Below are positions 16,770 through 26,457 of a stretch of DNA of 64,000 nt, one piece after another (within the stretch, counting starts at the first letter, position 1; each line of letters begins with the position of its first letter). The position numbers were made by a program, and so were the translations under genes. Below the pieces are notes generated by a model, which had not been told where the DNA came from, did no database searches, and saw nothing but the letters and a program-made list of their open reading frames with translations. The stretch lies in the NCBI GenBank assembly GCA_043732305.1, contig JAYTHU010000094.1, forward strand, positions 562 through 64,561. The letters run 5' to 3'. This DNA is from Oligoflexia bacterium (lineage in GTDB: Bacteria > Bdellovibrionota > Bdellovibrionia > JABDDW01).

Positions 16770-18733
16770 AAATTCGAGTCATTTTACTTTTCGTCTTTTT
16801 CATCATGCTTTTTTCGGCAGTGCTTGGTCGAGTTTTTTATCTTCAGGCATTGCCCCAGAGTAATTTGGCTAAACTAGAAAAAAGTCAGTACCAAGCAAGA
16901 ATTTCTCTTTTACCGCAACGTGGAAAAATATTAGATCGCGCCGGTGAAGAACTCGCCACTAGCACTTCTACTTCGTCCCTCTACGCCGATCCTGGAGTCT
17001 TGCAAGCAGATCACGGGAAAAAGGCATTGAAAAAAATCGCTAAAAAACTTTCGGGTTTGGTGAATCTTCCCACTCAAGTTATTTATGAGAAATTAATGAC
17101 TAGTGGAAAACGTTTCATTTGGCTCAAGCGGCAGCTTGAGCCTGAAGTTGTGGCACAAGTAAAAGCTCTCGGGGAAACGGGCCTCGCTTTTATTGATGAA
17201 GGTAAAAGAATCTATCCAAATTTGAATATGGCTCCACAAGTCTTGGGAATAGTCGGCATTGATGGAAGTGGTCTTGAAGGATTAGAGAAAAAATATGACG
17301 CCGAACTCAGAGGAGAAAAAGTTTCTATCTTGTCCAAGAAAGATGCTCACGGAAGACCACTCATTGTCAGTGGCCAAATTTTTGAAACATCTAATGATGG
17401 AGCCACAGTAGAAACAACCCTCGATAAAGACCTTCAGTATCAGTTGGAAAAAGAATTAGACGCCGTCTCTGAAAAGGAGCAAGCGGAATCCGCCATGGGA
17501 ATTATCATGGATCCTAACACGGGTGAAATTTTGGCGATGGCCAATGCGCCGAGATTTGATCCTACGGAACGTTTGACCCATCCTGAAAACATGCGCAACC
17601 GAGTGGTCACTGATGTTTTTGAACCTGGGTCGACTTTCAAAGTAATCACTGCTGCAGCTGCATTAAGAACTGGCCGAATCCATCCCAACACTAAATATTT
17701 TTGTGAACATGGCAAAATGCAAATTGGAAAGCATTGGATTCACGAGGCTGAAACAAACCATAAGTTCGAATGGCTAAGCCTTGCTGAAATTATTGAAGTG
17801 TCGTCAAACATCGGCAGCACTAAAGTTGCGTTTGATGTGGGAGAGAGTTCGTTTAAATCTATGATCGGCGACTTTGGTTTCGGAAAGCCTACTGGAATCG
17901 ATTTTCAAGGTGAAGCTTCTGGGATCATCACTCGAGATAAGTGGAGTGAACATTTACTCAGTAACGTTTCCTTCGGACACGGAATCGGTGTCACCGCGCT
18001 GCAAATGGCAACGGCATATTCCACAATTGCTAATGGTGGAAAATTACTTAAACCATATTTAGTGAAGCGAGTGGTAGACAGTCAGGGGCATATTATCCAA
18101 GAAACCGCCCAACAAGTGGGTAAACCTGTTCTCACTCCGAGAGAAGCCTCCACTCTGACGCTCATGCTTTCCGGTGTGACTCAAGAGGGTGGCACCGGTA
18201 CACTCGCCCGTGTCGACGGATATCCTGTGGCAGGAAAAACCGGAACCGCCCAGAAGGTCAATCCCAATGGCGGTGGTTATATAAAAGGCGGATACATTTC
18301 TAGCTTCGCGGGATTTGTTCCTGCTAATCAGCCACAATTTGTAATTTACATCGTTGTCGATAGTCCAAAGAAAAATTTCTACGGAGCTCAAGTGGCAGCT
18401 CCCTTGTTTCATAAGATTGCTTCTTTCGCACTTCGAAAACGCGGTTTCCTGCCTATCATCTTGTCTAATAATTCTGAGTTAGATTCTAAGAAAGTCTCCG
18501 CAGCTGCGTTAGCTAAAGCAGAAGCCAAATCTTTTTCTAGCAGCGAAAACATCCCGGACTTCAAAGGATTGACCGTAAGAGAAGTCAGTCGTCGGATTGA
18601 AAAAGACACAAGGTTAAGTAAAACTCACTGGGAAGTTTTTGGATCCGGCGTGGCATTTAACCAATCTCCTCTGCCTGGAAGCCCTATTAAAGACAATGAA
18701 CACATAAGAATCTATTTGCAGCCAGTCCATTAG
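16766..18733 (+). CDS. ftsI: Peptidoglycan D,D-transpeptidase FtsI (PBP3) with a C-terminal PASTA-like domain.
   Basis: N-terminal TM anchor. Transpeptidase motifs are STFK, SSN and KTGT. The final ~65 aa (IPDFKGLTVREVSRRI...GSGVAFNQSPLPGSPI...IRIYL) fit the PASTA consensus. Confidence 0.9.
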   Translation: MKIRVILLFVFFIMLFSAVLGRVFYLQALPQSNLAKLEKSQYQARISLLPQRGKILDRAGEELATSTSTSSLYADPGVLQADHGKKALKKIAKKLSGLVNLPTQVIYEKLMTSGKRFIWLKRQLEPEVVAQVKALGETGLAFIDEGKRIYPNLNMAPQVLGIVGIDGSGLEGLEKKYDAELRGEKVSILSKKDAHGRPLIVSGQIFETSNDGATVETTLDKDLQYQLEKELDAVSEKEQAESAMGIIMDPNTGEILAMANAPRFDPTERLTHPENMRNRVVTDVFEPGSTFKVITAAAALRTGRIHPNTKYFCEHGKMQIGKHWIHEAETNHKFEWLSLAEIIEVSSNIGSTKVAFDVGESSFKSMIGDFGFGKPTGIDFQGEASGIITRDKWSEHLLSNVSFGHGIGVTALQMATAYSTIANGGKLLKPYLVKRVVDSQGHIIQETAQQVGKPVLTPREASTLTLMLSGVTQEGGTGTLARVDGYPVAGKTGTAQKVNPNGGGYIKGGYISSFAGFVPANQPQFVIYIVVDSPKKNFYGAQVAAPLFHKIASFALRKRGFLPIILSNNSELDSKKVSAAALAKAEAKSFSSSENIPDFKGLTVREVSRRIEKDTRLSKTHWEVFGSGVAFNQSPLPGSPIKDNEHIRIYLQPVH

Positions 18734-18750
18734 AGAAATATTCTGAAACG

Positions 18751-20250
18751 GTGAAACTCTCTGAACTCCTTCAAGATTTAACTCCTGTCTACATCAAAGC
18801 CCCTCAGGCTTCGGCGTCTGTGGAGGTCACTGGTATTTGCCATGATTCTCGCGTATTCCATGCCGGCAATCTCTTTGTAGCGGTACGCGGTCATCAATTT
18901 GATGGCCATTTATTTGTGTCAGCGGCTTGCGATTTGGGAGCTAGTGCAGTCATGGTCGAAGACGATCACATGGTACCGAGTAAATTTAAAGGTGCCGTGA
19001 TCAAAGTTAAAAACTCTCGGAAGAGCATCGACGTCCTTGCTTCGCGATTTTATAATTTCCCTTCGGAGCATCTTTTCGTAGTGGGGGTGACGGGCACGAA
19101 TGGCAAAACCACAACCACTCATATGATCGAGGCGATTTTAAATCCCGAACTGCCAACATCAGTGATGGGCACCATCGATTATCATTTTGGCGGACATGTT
19201 TCTGCTTCTACTCACACCACTCCAGATGCCTTGCAAATTCAAAAATATTTTTCTGAGTGGGTCAAGATGGGAGCCAAGGCAGTTGCGGTCGAAGTTTCTT
19301 CACATGCACTGTCACTAAATAGAGTCGATTCCGTGCAGTTTGATGCTGCGGTGTTTACTAATCTCACTCGCGATCATTTAGATTTTCATAAAACTATGGC
19401 CCTCTACGAGCAAGCTAAATCGAAACTATTTAGTGAAGTTTTAGTTAAATCTATCAAGAAATCTAAACGTGCTATTGTGAATGGAGATGATCCACACGCC
19501 TTTTCTATGATGTCCCGCGAGGTCCCAACCTGGACTTATGGGTTGAGAAGTGGCGACATAAAAATTCTTAATCATAAGTTGACTCTCGATAAATCTGAAA
19601 TGACAGTGCAGACACCTTGCGGAGTGACAACTGTAGAACTTTCGATGATTGGTCTTCACAATTTATATAACGCCATGGCAGCCATCGGCGTGGGTTTACA
19701 CGCGGGAATGGACCTAAAAAATATTTCAGAAAAACTTTCCTATCTCAAATCTGTTCGCGGAAGACTCGAACGCGTAGATGCACCGCACAGTTCAATAAGA
19801 GTTTTTGTTGACTATGCGCACACTGATGACGCACTCAGGAGCAGCCTCACTTTTTTAAAAGATCTTCGTGCGCAATCAGGCGAAAAAAATCGCATTATCA
19901 CGATGTTCGGTTGCGGCGGCGATAGAGACAGGGGCAAAAGGCCTCTTATGATGAAGACGGCAGAAAGTCTTTCTGATCTCGTTATTGTAACCAGTGACAA
20001 TCCTCGAACGGAAAATCCCGAGAGCATTATTGATGAAGTTTTAGCTGGTGCGACTCCAATGAGAATCGCCGATGGCATTATTTTGGTTGAGGCGGACAGG
20101 CGTAAAGCCATTGCTTTGGCTATAAAAAAGGCAGATCCTGGAGATGTGGTTCTTATTGCTGGCAAAGGTCATGAGGACTATCAAATCATTGGCACTAAAA
20201 AATTTCCTTTTGACGATCTAAAAATCGCTATGGAGGCACTGAACTCATGA
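18751..20250 (+). CDS. murE: UDP-N-acetylmuramoyl-L-alanyl-D-glutamate--2,6-diaminopimelate ligase.
   Basis: GVTGTNGKTTTTHMI P-loop with Mur ligase middle and C-terminal domains. GTG start. Position in the dcw cluster. Confidence 0.9.
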   Translation: MKLSELLQDLTPVYIKAPQASASVEVTGICHDSRVFHAGNLFVAVRGHQFDGHLFVSAACDLGASAVMVEDDHMVPSKFKGAVIKVKNSRKSIDVLASRFYNFPSEHLFVVGVTGTNGKTTTTHMIEAILNPELPTSVMGTIDYHFGGHVSASTHTTPDALQIQKYFSEWVKMGAKAVAVEVSSHALSLNRVDSVQFDAAVFTNLTRDHLDFHKTMALYEQAKSKLFSEVLVKSIKKSKRAIVNGDDPHAFSMMSREVPTWTYGLRSGDIKILNHKLTLDKSEMTVQTPCGVTTVELSMIGLHNLYNAMAAIGVGLHAGMDLKNISEKLSYLKSVRGRLERVDAPHSSIRVFVDYAHTDDALRSSLTFLKDLRAQSGEKNRIITMFGCGGDRDRGKRPLMMKTAESLSDLVIVTSDNPRTENPESIIDEVLAGATPMRIADGIILVEADRRKAIALAIKKADPGDVVLIAGKGHEDYQIIGTKKFPFDDLKIAMEALNS

Positions 20251-21641
20251 GCGTATGGAAAATCGAAAACTTAGTTGATGCTACGGCGGGAATACTTTCG
20301 CACCGAGGCACTTGCACTTTGGATGGTGTAGGCACGGACACTCGCTCGAATCTCAATAATAAAATATTTTTCGCGTTGAAAGGCGAAAATTTTGATGCCC
20401 ATGATTACGTAGAAGTTGCCATTCAAAATGGTGCATCCGCTGTGATTGTGGATCGACATATCTCCGTGAGTGTTGGCGCCGACGTGCATGTTGTTGTGGT
20501 TGAGGATGTCTTAAAAGCTTTGCAAAAATTTGCAAGCTGGCATCGCAAGCAGTGGCACGGAAAAATGATTGGACTCACGGGAAGCAATGGAAAAACAACT
20601 ACCAAAGAATTTATTTATACAATTCTGAGCATGAAACATCTCACGGCTTGCACTCAGGGAAATTTAAATAATCATATTGGAGTTCCACTCACACTTTTAG
20701 ATTTGCGTGAGGAACATAAGTTTTCAGTTGTCGAAATGGGAATGAGCCATGCCCATGAAATAGAAGAACTCGTGCAAATGAGTTTGCCAGATGTTGTTCT
20801 TGTGACCAACGTAGGCACTGCTCACATCGAAAGTTTTGGCACCATAGATAAAATCGCAAATGCGAAGGAAGAAATTTATGAATTCGCACTACCACACGCA
20901 ACGCGAATTTATAATCTCGATGACGAATATACAGCAATGATGCGAGCTCGCGCTCCCGGCGGTTGCAAGATTCTCACTTATTCGAGTCACACCCGTGACG
21001 TGAATGTTTCTTTGAAAGAAAAGTTTTTTACTTTTGACTACCTTGAAGTTCAAGGAGTCATTGGTGAAGATCCCGGTCAGGCCAGAGTTCCAGTGTTCGG
21101 GCGCCATCAAATTTCTAACTGTATGGCTGCTGCTGCTGTTGGGCTTGCATTCAATATTGATGCTCCCACAATTTGGAAAGGCCTTACTAAATTCCATGGC
21201 AGTTGGGGGCGCGGACAAATTGTAGAACTCACAGGTGGAGCAAAAGTTTTGTTTGATGCTTACAATGCGAATCCAGATAGCACGAAGGTCGCGCTGGATA
21301 ATTTTTCTCGTTTGAAAATACTCGGCAAAAAATATCTTGTGCTGGGAGATATGCTGGAGCTTGGCATAGACTCTCCACAACTCCATTTTGAAATTGGGCG
21401 AGAAGCTTCAAAACTTAATCCGGATGGAGTTTTGTTGATTGGCCAATTTGCAAATGACATTGGCCGGGGAATGCAAGATGCTGGATATAAGAAAACTACT
21501 GTAATATCAAAGACTTATGAAGAAAAGCTTGCAGCTCAAATGGGGAACATGCTAGAAACTGGAGACGTTGTTTTGGTTAAAGGATCTCGCGGGATGAAGC
21601 TTGAACGAGCAGTTCAGCTTTGGAGTCCGCTCAACTTTTGA
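20247..21641 (+). CDS. murF: UDP-N-acetylmuramoyl-tripeptide--D-alanyl-D-alanine ligase.
   Basis: GLTGSNGKTTTKEFI P-loop. ATGA overlap with murE. Confidence 0.9.
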   Translation: MSVWKIENLVDATAGILSHRGTCTLDGVGTDTRSNLNNKIFFALKGENFDAHDYVEVAIQNGASAVIVDRHISVSVGADVHVVVVEDVLKALQKFASWHRKQWHGKMIGLTGSNGKTTTKEFIYTILSMKHLTACTQGNLNNHIGVPLTLLDLREEHKFSVVEMGMSHAHEIEELVQMSLPDVVLVTNVGTAHIESFGTIDKIANAKEEIYEFALPHATRIYNLDDEYTAMMRARAPGGCKILTYSSHTRDVNVSLKEKFFTFDYLEVQGVIGEDPGQARVPVFGRHQISNCMAAAAVGLAFNIDAPTIWKGLTKFHGSWGRGQIVELTGGAKVLFDAYNANPDSTKVALDNFSRLKILGKKYLVLGDMLELGIDSPQLHFEIGREASKLNPDGVLLIGQFANDIGRGMQDAGYKKTTVISKTYEEKLAAQMGNMLETGDVVLVKGSRGMKLERAVQLWSPLNF

Positions 21642-21663
21642 GAGCGAAAAAACTTAGATAAAA

Positions 21664-22740
21664 ATGTTATATCAATTTCTCTACTCGCTGCATGAAAAAA
21701 TTTCTTTCTTCAACGTCTTTAAGTATCTTACTTTCAGATCGCTTATGTCTTTTTTGACTGCGTTTCTTTCTTGCTGGCTATTAGGCCCAAGATTTATTCG
21801 CGGACTTCAATCTCAACAAATGAAACAAAGCATTCGCGAAGATGGACCAAAATCACATCTCTCGAAAAATGGCACGCCCACTATGGGTGGCGCTCTCATT
21901 TTACTCAGCATTTTTATCACAAGCGTTCTCTGGGCAGACGTTTCCAACATCATGATTTGGTGCGCACTTTTTGTTTGCGCAGGCTTCGGTCTCATCGGTT
22001 ACACTGATGATTATTTGAAAGTCAGTAAGAAAAACAGCAAGGGACTTTCCGGTAAATTGAGATTGCTGTTAGAATTTGCGATTGCGGCCGTTGTTTGTTT
22101 CATCGTTTATAAATCATCTGATGCTGCTTCTACTTTAGATTTTCCCTTCTTCAAGGGCGCCGTCATCCACATGGGCGCTTGGTACATTCCTTTCGGCATG
22201 CTTGTGATTGTGGGAACGGCAAATGCCGTGAATCTCACTGACGGACTAGACGGCTTGGCCATCGGTCCTGTGATGATCAGTGCTCTGACTCTCGCCATTC
22301 TTGCCTACGTTTGCGGGAATGCTAAAATCGCTGGATATTTACAAATTCCATTCGTCAAAGGTTCTGGAGAGCTAGCTATTGTTTGCATGGCCGTGGCAGC
22401 ATCTGGTTTAGGTTTTTTATGGTACAACACCTATCCTGCCCAAGTTTTTATGGGAGATGTTGGTTCTCTAAGTTTAGGCGGAATTTTGGGGACGATTGCG
22501 GTACTGACTAAGAATGAAATTTTGATGGTTGTCCTCGGCGGGATTTTCGTAGTCGAAGCTCTGTCCGTCATCATTCAAGTGGTTTCTTTTAAAACCACTG
22601 GTAAAAGAGTTTTTAAAATGGCTCCGATTCATCATCACTTTGAACTCAAAGGATGGGCGGAGCCAAAAGTGATTGTGCGTTTTTGGATAATTAGTATATT
22701 GCTCGCGATACTTGCGTTGAGCACTTTGAAGTTGAGGTAA
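21664..22740 (+). CDS. mraY: Phospho-N-acetylmuramoyl-pentapeptide-transferase.
   Basis: 358-aa polytopic membrane protein with conserved DD motifs ([19 protein letters not shown]) and an HHH motif near the C-terminus. Confidence 0.9.
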   Translation: MLYQFLYSLHEKISFFNVFKYLTFRSLMSFLTAFLSCWLLGPRFIRGLQSQQMKQSIREDGPKSHLSKNGTPTMGGALILLSIFITSVLWADVSNIMIWCALFVCAGFGLIGYTDDYLKVSKKNSKGLSGKLRLLLEFAIAAVVCFIVYKSSDAASTLDFPFFKGAVIHMGAWYIPFGMLVIVGTANAVNLTDGLDGLAIGPVMISALTLAILAYVCGNAKIAGYLQIPFVKGSGELAIVCMAVAASGLGFLWYNTYPAQVFMGDVGSLSLGGILGTIAVLTKNEILMVVLGGIFVVEALSVIIQVVSFKTTGKRVFKMAPIHHHFELKGWAEPKVIVRFWIISILLAILALSTLKLR

Positions 22741-22745
22741 TTTTC

Positions 22746-24155
22746 TTGATGACCAAATATAAAGACAAAAAAGTTCTCATTGTTGGCGCGCAGAATTCGG
22801 GAATTTCGCTAGCGAAATTCTTTAGCCAGCAAGGTGCAAAGATAACTATTAGCGATCTCAAGACCAAAGAACAATTGGGTGGGGTGGTTGATCAATTGGA
22901 AGAATTTGAACCAGCCTGGGACTTGGGTGGACATTCTATCAAAGCCTTTACTGGCCAAGATTTAATTGTTCTAAGTCCTGGTGTGAATCCTCACCACAAG
23001 ACAATTGAGGCTGCAAAAGCAGCGGGAGTTCCCATCACTGGCGAACTTGAACTTGCTTCTACCTTCATCAAAGATCCAATCATTGCCATCACGGGGACCA
23101 ACGGAAAATCGACTGTCACAAAACTTGTGTATGAGTTTTTGAAGGCATCGGAAATTCCCACATGGATTGGTGGAAATTACGGCGTGCCTTTGATTGAGTA
23201 CGTCATGCAAAAAGCGAAAGCTAAGGTTCTAGTAGTAGAACTTTCCAGTTTCCAACTGGAAACCATTGATACCTTTAAGCCTAATCATGCAGTTCTGCTG
23301 AATATGGCCGAAGATCATTTGGACAGATACAAGTCTCCCCAAGATTATTATATCGCCAAAAAGCGTATTTTTAAAAATGCCGGCGTTGAGACTGTTTCCA
23401 TTCTGAATGCGGATGACTCGATGGTCATCGATACTGCCAGAGATCCTTTAGTGCAAAGATCTAAGCTGCAGTATTTTTCTAAAAAAGCGGGTCTGGAAGA
23501 GCAAATCAAGAAAATTGGCGGGGCTGTTTGCCTGACTATTCATGGTGGCCAAGAAGTTCGCTTCTATCAGCCACCCAAACTTGGGGCTCAAACTGGGGAA
23601 ATGGAAAAGTTCAGTCTCGCAAAAATGAAGTTGCGCGGAAAACATAATATCGAAAACGTCATGGCTGCTATCATTTGTGCACGCGCGTACGGCGCAAAGC
23701 CTGAAGCCATCCAACAAGTCATCAATGCTTTCCCTGGACTGCCTCACAGGCTCGAGTTTGTGAAAAGTCGCGGCGGAGTCGCTTTCTATAATGACTCCAA
23801 AGCTACCAACGTTTCTGCAGTGGTGCGAGCACTGGAAGCCTTCAATGAACCCGTGATTTTGATCGCGGGAGGTAAAGACAAGGGAGTGGACTTCGGGCCG
23901 CTCGTTGACCCTGTAACGCGCAAAGTTAAGAATCTGATCCTCATGGGTGAGTCCAAAGAGCGTCTCAATCGGGTGATTGGGGACTTCAGCGAGACCTTCA
24001 TTATTGGTACTTTTGAGGAAGCTGTTCTAGTGGCTTACCAAAAGTCTAGGAGTGGCGACGTTATTTTATTAAGTCCTGGTTGCTCTAGCTTCGATAGATT
24101 TGCTAACTTTGAAGAACGTGGAAATTACTTCAAAGAACTTATCCAAAAGCTTTAG
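22746..24155 (+). CDS. murD: UDP-N-acetylmuramoylalanine--D-glutamate ligase.
   Basis: ITGTNGKSTVTKLV P-loop and an N-terminal Rossmann-like region. The likely start is ATG 22749; the track starts at TTG 22746. Confidence 0.9.
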   Translation: MMTKYKDKKVLIVGAQNSGISLAKFFSQQGAKITISDLKTKEQLGGVVDQLEEFEPAWDLGGHSIKAFTGQDLIVLSPGVNPHHKTIEAAKAAGVPITGELELASTFIKDPIIAITGTNGKSTVTKLVYEFLKASEIPTWIGGNYGVPLIEYVMQKAKAKVLVVELSSFQLETIDTFKPNHAVLLNMAEDHLDRYKSPQDYYIAKKRIFKNAGVETVSILNADDSMVIDTARDPLVQRSKLQYFSKKAGLEEQIKKIGGAVCLTIHGGQEVRFYQPPKLGAQTGEMEKFSLAKMKLRGKHNIENVMAAIICARAYGAKPEAIQQVINAFPGLPHRLEFVKSRGGVAFYNDSKATNVSAVVRALEAFNEPVILIAGGKDKGVDFGPLVDPVTRKVKNLILMGESKERLNRVIGDFSETFIIGTFEEAVLVAYQKSRSGDVILLSPGCSSFDRFANFEERGNYFKELIQKL

Positions 24156-25260
24156 TCCCGGTTTCGATCAGAGTTTACTTCTCAGCGTGTTTTCGTTGAT
24201 GGGTATCGGACTGGTTTTGATCTACAGCGCGAGTTTTATTTTCGCGACTGAAACTTATGGCGATGGACTTTATTTTTTCAAACGACAATTGATTTTTACG
24301 TGCGTCGCTATTTTATCTTTGTTCGGCGCAAGCCGCGTTCCCATTCGTTTTATAAAAAAACTTTTCTGGCCCCTCTACGGATTGATGATCTTTGGATTGG
24401 TGGCAACGCTAATCCCAGGATTTGCACATAAAGCGGGCGGAGCTTCCCGGTGGATTTCTCTGCCCGGTGGATTTCATCTTGAGCCGAGTGAAATTGCAAA
24501 ACTCATGTCTGCTGTGATTTTTTCTTGGCTCATGACTTACGAGCGAAAGCCTGGAGCTCCATCTTCACGTTTTTGGTCCATGGCCATGGGCCTAGTTATA
24601 TTTCCCATTCTGCTTTTATTGGGCGAACCTGATTTTGGCTCTTGCGTGATATTTTTTGGTGTGGGTCTCACTCTGCTTTTTTGTTTTGGTCTTCCGTGGA
24701 GTTATTTGATTTCAGCATTCTTAGTTGCCTTGCCAACTTTTTATCTTTTAGTTATGCGAGTGGATTATAGACGGCGAAGAGTTTTGGCATTTTTAAATCC
24801 TTGGTCTGATGTTTCTAACAGTGGATTCCAAGTGATTCAATCGCTTCTCAGTTTCCATGCGGGTGGTTTTTGGGGAACGGGACTTGGCAAAGGCCAGTCG
24901 AAACTTTATTTTTTGCCAGAAGCGCACACTGATTTTATATTATCTGTCCTTGGTGAAGAAACTGGATTTTTTGGTTTTGCTATCGTGACTCTTTTATTTG
25001 TTTGGGTGGTGTTGCGCGGTTTGCAAATAGCGATGCGTGCACAAGATCCGTTTGCGCGACGTTTAGCCGTAGGCTTAAGCAGTCTCATTGGTTATCAAGC
25101 TGTCATCAACATGGGTGTGGTCACGGGTCTGTTGCCAACTAAGGGTCTCACAATGCCATTTCTTTCTTACGGCGGGAGTAGTTTGGTTGCAGTGAGCCTA
25201 GCTTGTGGCGTGCTTGTGCGAATTCATAAGGAAGCCGGCATTCAAAATGCTCAAAAATAG
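24100..25260 (+). CDS. ftsW: Peptidoglycan glycosyltransferase FtsW (SEDS family).
   Basis: Polytopic membrane protein with SEDS motifs and position in the dcw cluster. The start is uncertain: the ORF overlaps murD by 56 nt, and ATG 24199 is an alternative. Confidence 0.85.
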   Translation: MLTLKNVEITSKNLSKSFSPGFDQSLLLSVFSLMGIGLVLIYSASFIFATETYGDGLYFFKRQLIFTCVAILSLFGASRVPIRFIKKLFWPLYGLMIFGLVATLIPGFAHKAGGASRWISLPGGFHLEPSEIAKLMSAVIFSWLMTYERKPGAPSSRFWSMAMGLVIFPILLLLGEPDFGSCVIFFGVGLTLLFCFGLPWSYLISAFLVALPTFYLLVMRVDYRRRRVLAFLNPWSDVSNSGFQVIQSLLSFHAGGFWGTGLGKGQSKLYFLPEAHTDFILSVLGEETGFFGFAIVTLLFVWVVLRGLQIAMRAQDPFARRLAVGLSSLIGYQAVINMGVVTGLLPTKGLTMPFLSYGGSSLVAVSLACGVLVRIHKEAGIQNAQK

Positions 25261-25284
25261 AATATTTTTAGGTTTGGAAAACTT

Positions 25285-26379
25285 ATGAGTAATCTTATTC
25301 TAATAGCCGGTGGCGGTACCGGCGGTCACATTTATCCAGCTATAGCCATCGCACAGAAAATTAAAAAAATCGATCCAAGTGTCACGATTGAATTTGTGGG
25401 GACAGAGTTGGGCCTCGAGAAAAAAATCATTCCGCGTGAAGGTTACAAATTGCATTTTATCAAGGCTGCTGCCTTAAACAACGTGGGATTTCTAGCGAAG
25501 ATTTTTTCTCTCGCTATTTTGCCTTGGGGAATTCTTCAATCGATATTTTTAATTCTAAAATTAAAACCGCGCCTCGTTTTTGGCGTCGGTGGATATGCGT
25601 CTGGACCTATGATGTTTGCCGCCCTTTTACTTCGGCAAAAAACTTGCGTCTTTGAATCAAATGCGCATCCTGGTTTTACCAATCGGGTACTTGCTTCCTT
25701 TGTAAATCTAGCGTTTGTAAATTTCGAAGTATCAAAAAAGTTTTTTAAAAATGCTTTGGTTTTGGGATTTCCCGTGCGTGAAGGTATGAGCCCGGAATAT
25801 CACGCTATCAAACAATCTCGCCTATCAGACCAAAAGCTTAAAGTTTTGATCTTTGGTGGAAGCCAAGGAGCGCGCGGAATAAACAAGACTGTATTAGCTG
25901 CAATACAGAAATCAGATCCGGTACAGAAATCCTGGTTGGAAGATTTTGAGATCGTTCATCAAATTGGATCTGCCGATTGGAAATTTTATGAGGGCGAGTA
26001 TAAAAAACTTATTGCACCTCAAGTAAAATATTTTGAATTTCTTTACGACATGCCAGAACGCTATCAGTGGGCCGATCTTGTTGTCTGCCGCGCGGGAGCG
26101 GCAACGCTTGCGGAGCTTGCCTGTTGCGGCAAAGCCGCTGTTTTAATTCCTTTCCCATTCGCATCAGATGATCATCAGCGAAAAAATGCCGAAGCTATGG
26201 TCAGTGCCGGCGCCGCACAGATGATCGTTCAAAATGATTTCACTCCCGAAAAATTTATCGCCACTTTGCAATACTATCGGCAAAATAGCGATGGTCTCAA
26301 GAATTTGGAAAACCAAATCATCAAATTTTATTCTCTCAACGCCTCCAAAGCGATTTCCCAAAAGATTTTGGCATTGTAA
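25285..26379 (+). CDS. murG: UDP-N-acetylglucosamine--N-acetylmuramyl-(pentapeptide) pyrophosphoryl-undecaprenol N-acetylglucosamine transferase.
   Basis: GGGTGGHIYPAIAIA N-terminal G-loop of the GT28 family. It is the last dcw gene present in this window. Confidence 0.9.
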   Translation: MSNLILIAGGGTGGHIYPAIAIAQKIKKIDPSVTIEFVGTELGLEKKIIPREGYKLHFIKAAALNNVGFLAKIFSLAILPWGILQSIFLILKLKPRLVFGVGGYASGPMMFAALLLRQKTCVFESNAHPGFTNRVLASFVNLAFVNFEVSKKFFKNALVLGFPVREGMSPEYHAIKQSRLSDQKLKVLIFGGSQGARGINKTVLAAIQKSDPVQKSWLEDFEIVHQIGSADWKFYEGEYKKLIAPQVKYFEFLYDMPERYQWADLVVCRAGAATLAELACCGKAAVLIPFPFASDDHQRKNAEAMVSAGAAQMIVQNDFTPEKFIATLQYYRQNSDGLKNLENQIIKFYSLNASKAISQKILAL

Positions 26380-26381
26380 AT

Positions 26382-26457
26382 AAAAAATCCCCCGATTTTC
26401 GCTTGGCGATCAATCGGAGGATGGGGGGTTCTCAGGGGGATGAGAACTTTAATTCTT
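26382..26457. terminator. Bidirectional terminator region between convergent murG and the secreted-protein gene.
   Basis: Hairpin 1 is TCCCCCGATT(26388-26397)...AATCGGAGGA(26412-21) with an A-run 26382-26387. On the minus strand this is a 10-bp stem followed by a U-run. Hairpin 2 is GTTCTCA(26428-34)-GGGGGA-TGAGAAC(26441-47) followed by TTTAATTCTT on the plus strand. Confidence 0.65.
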
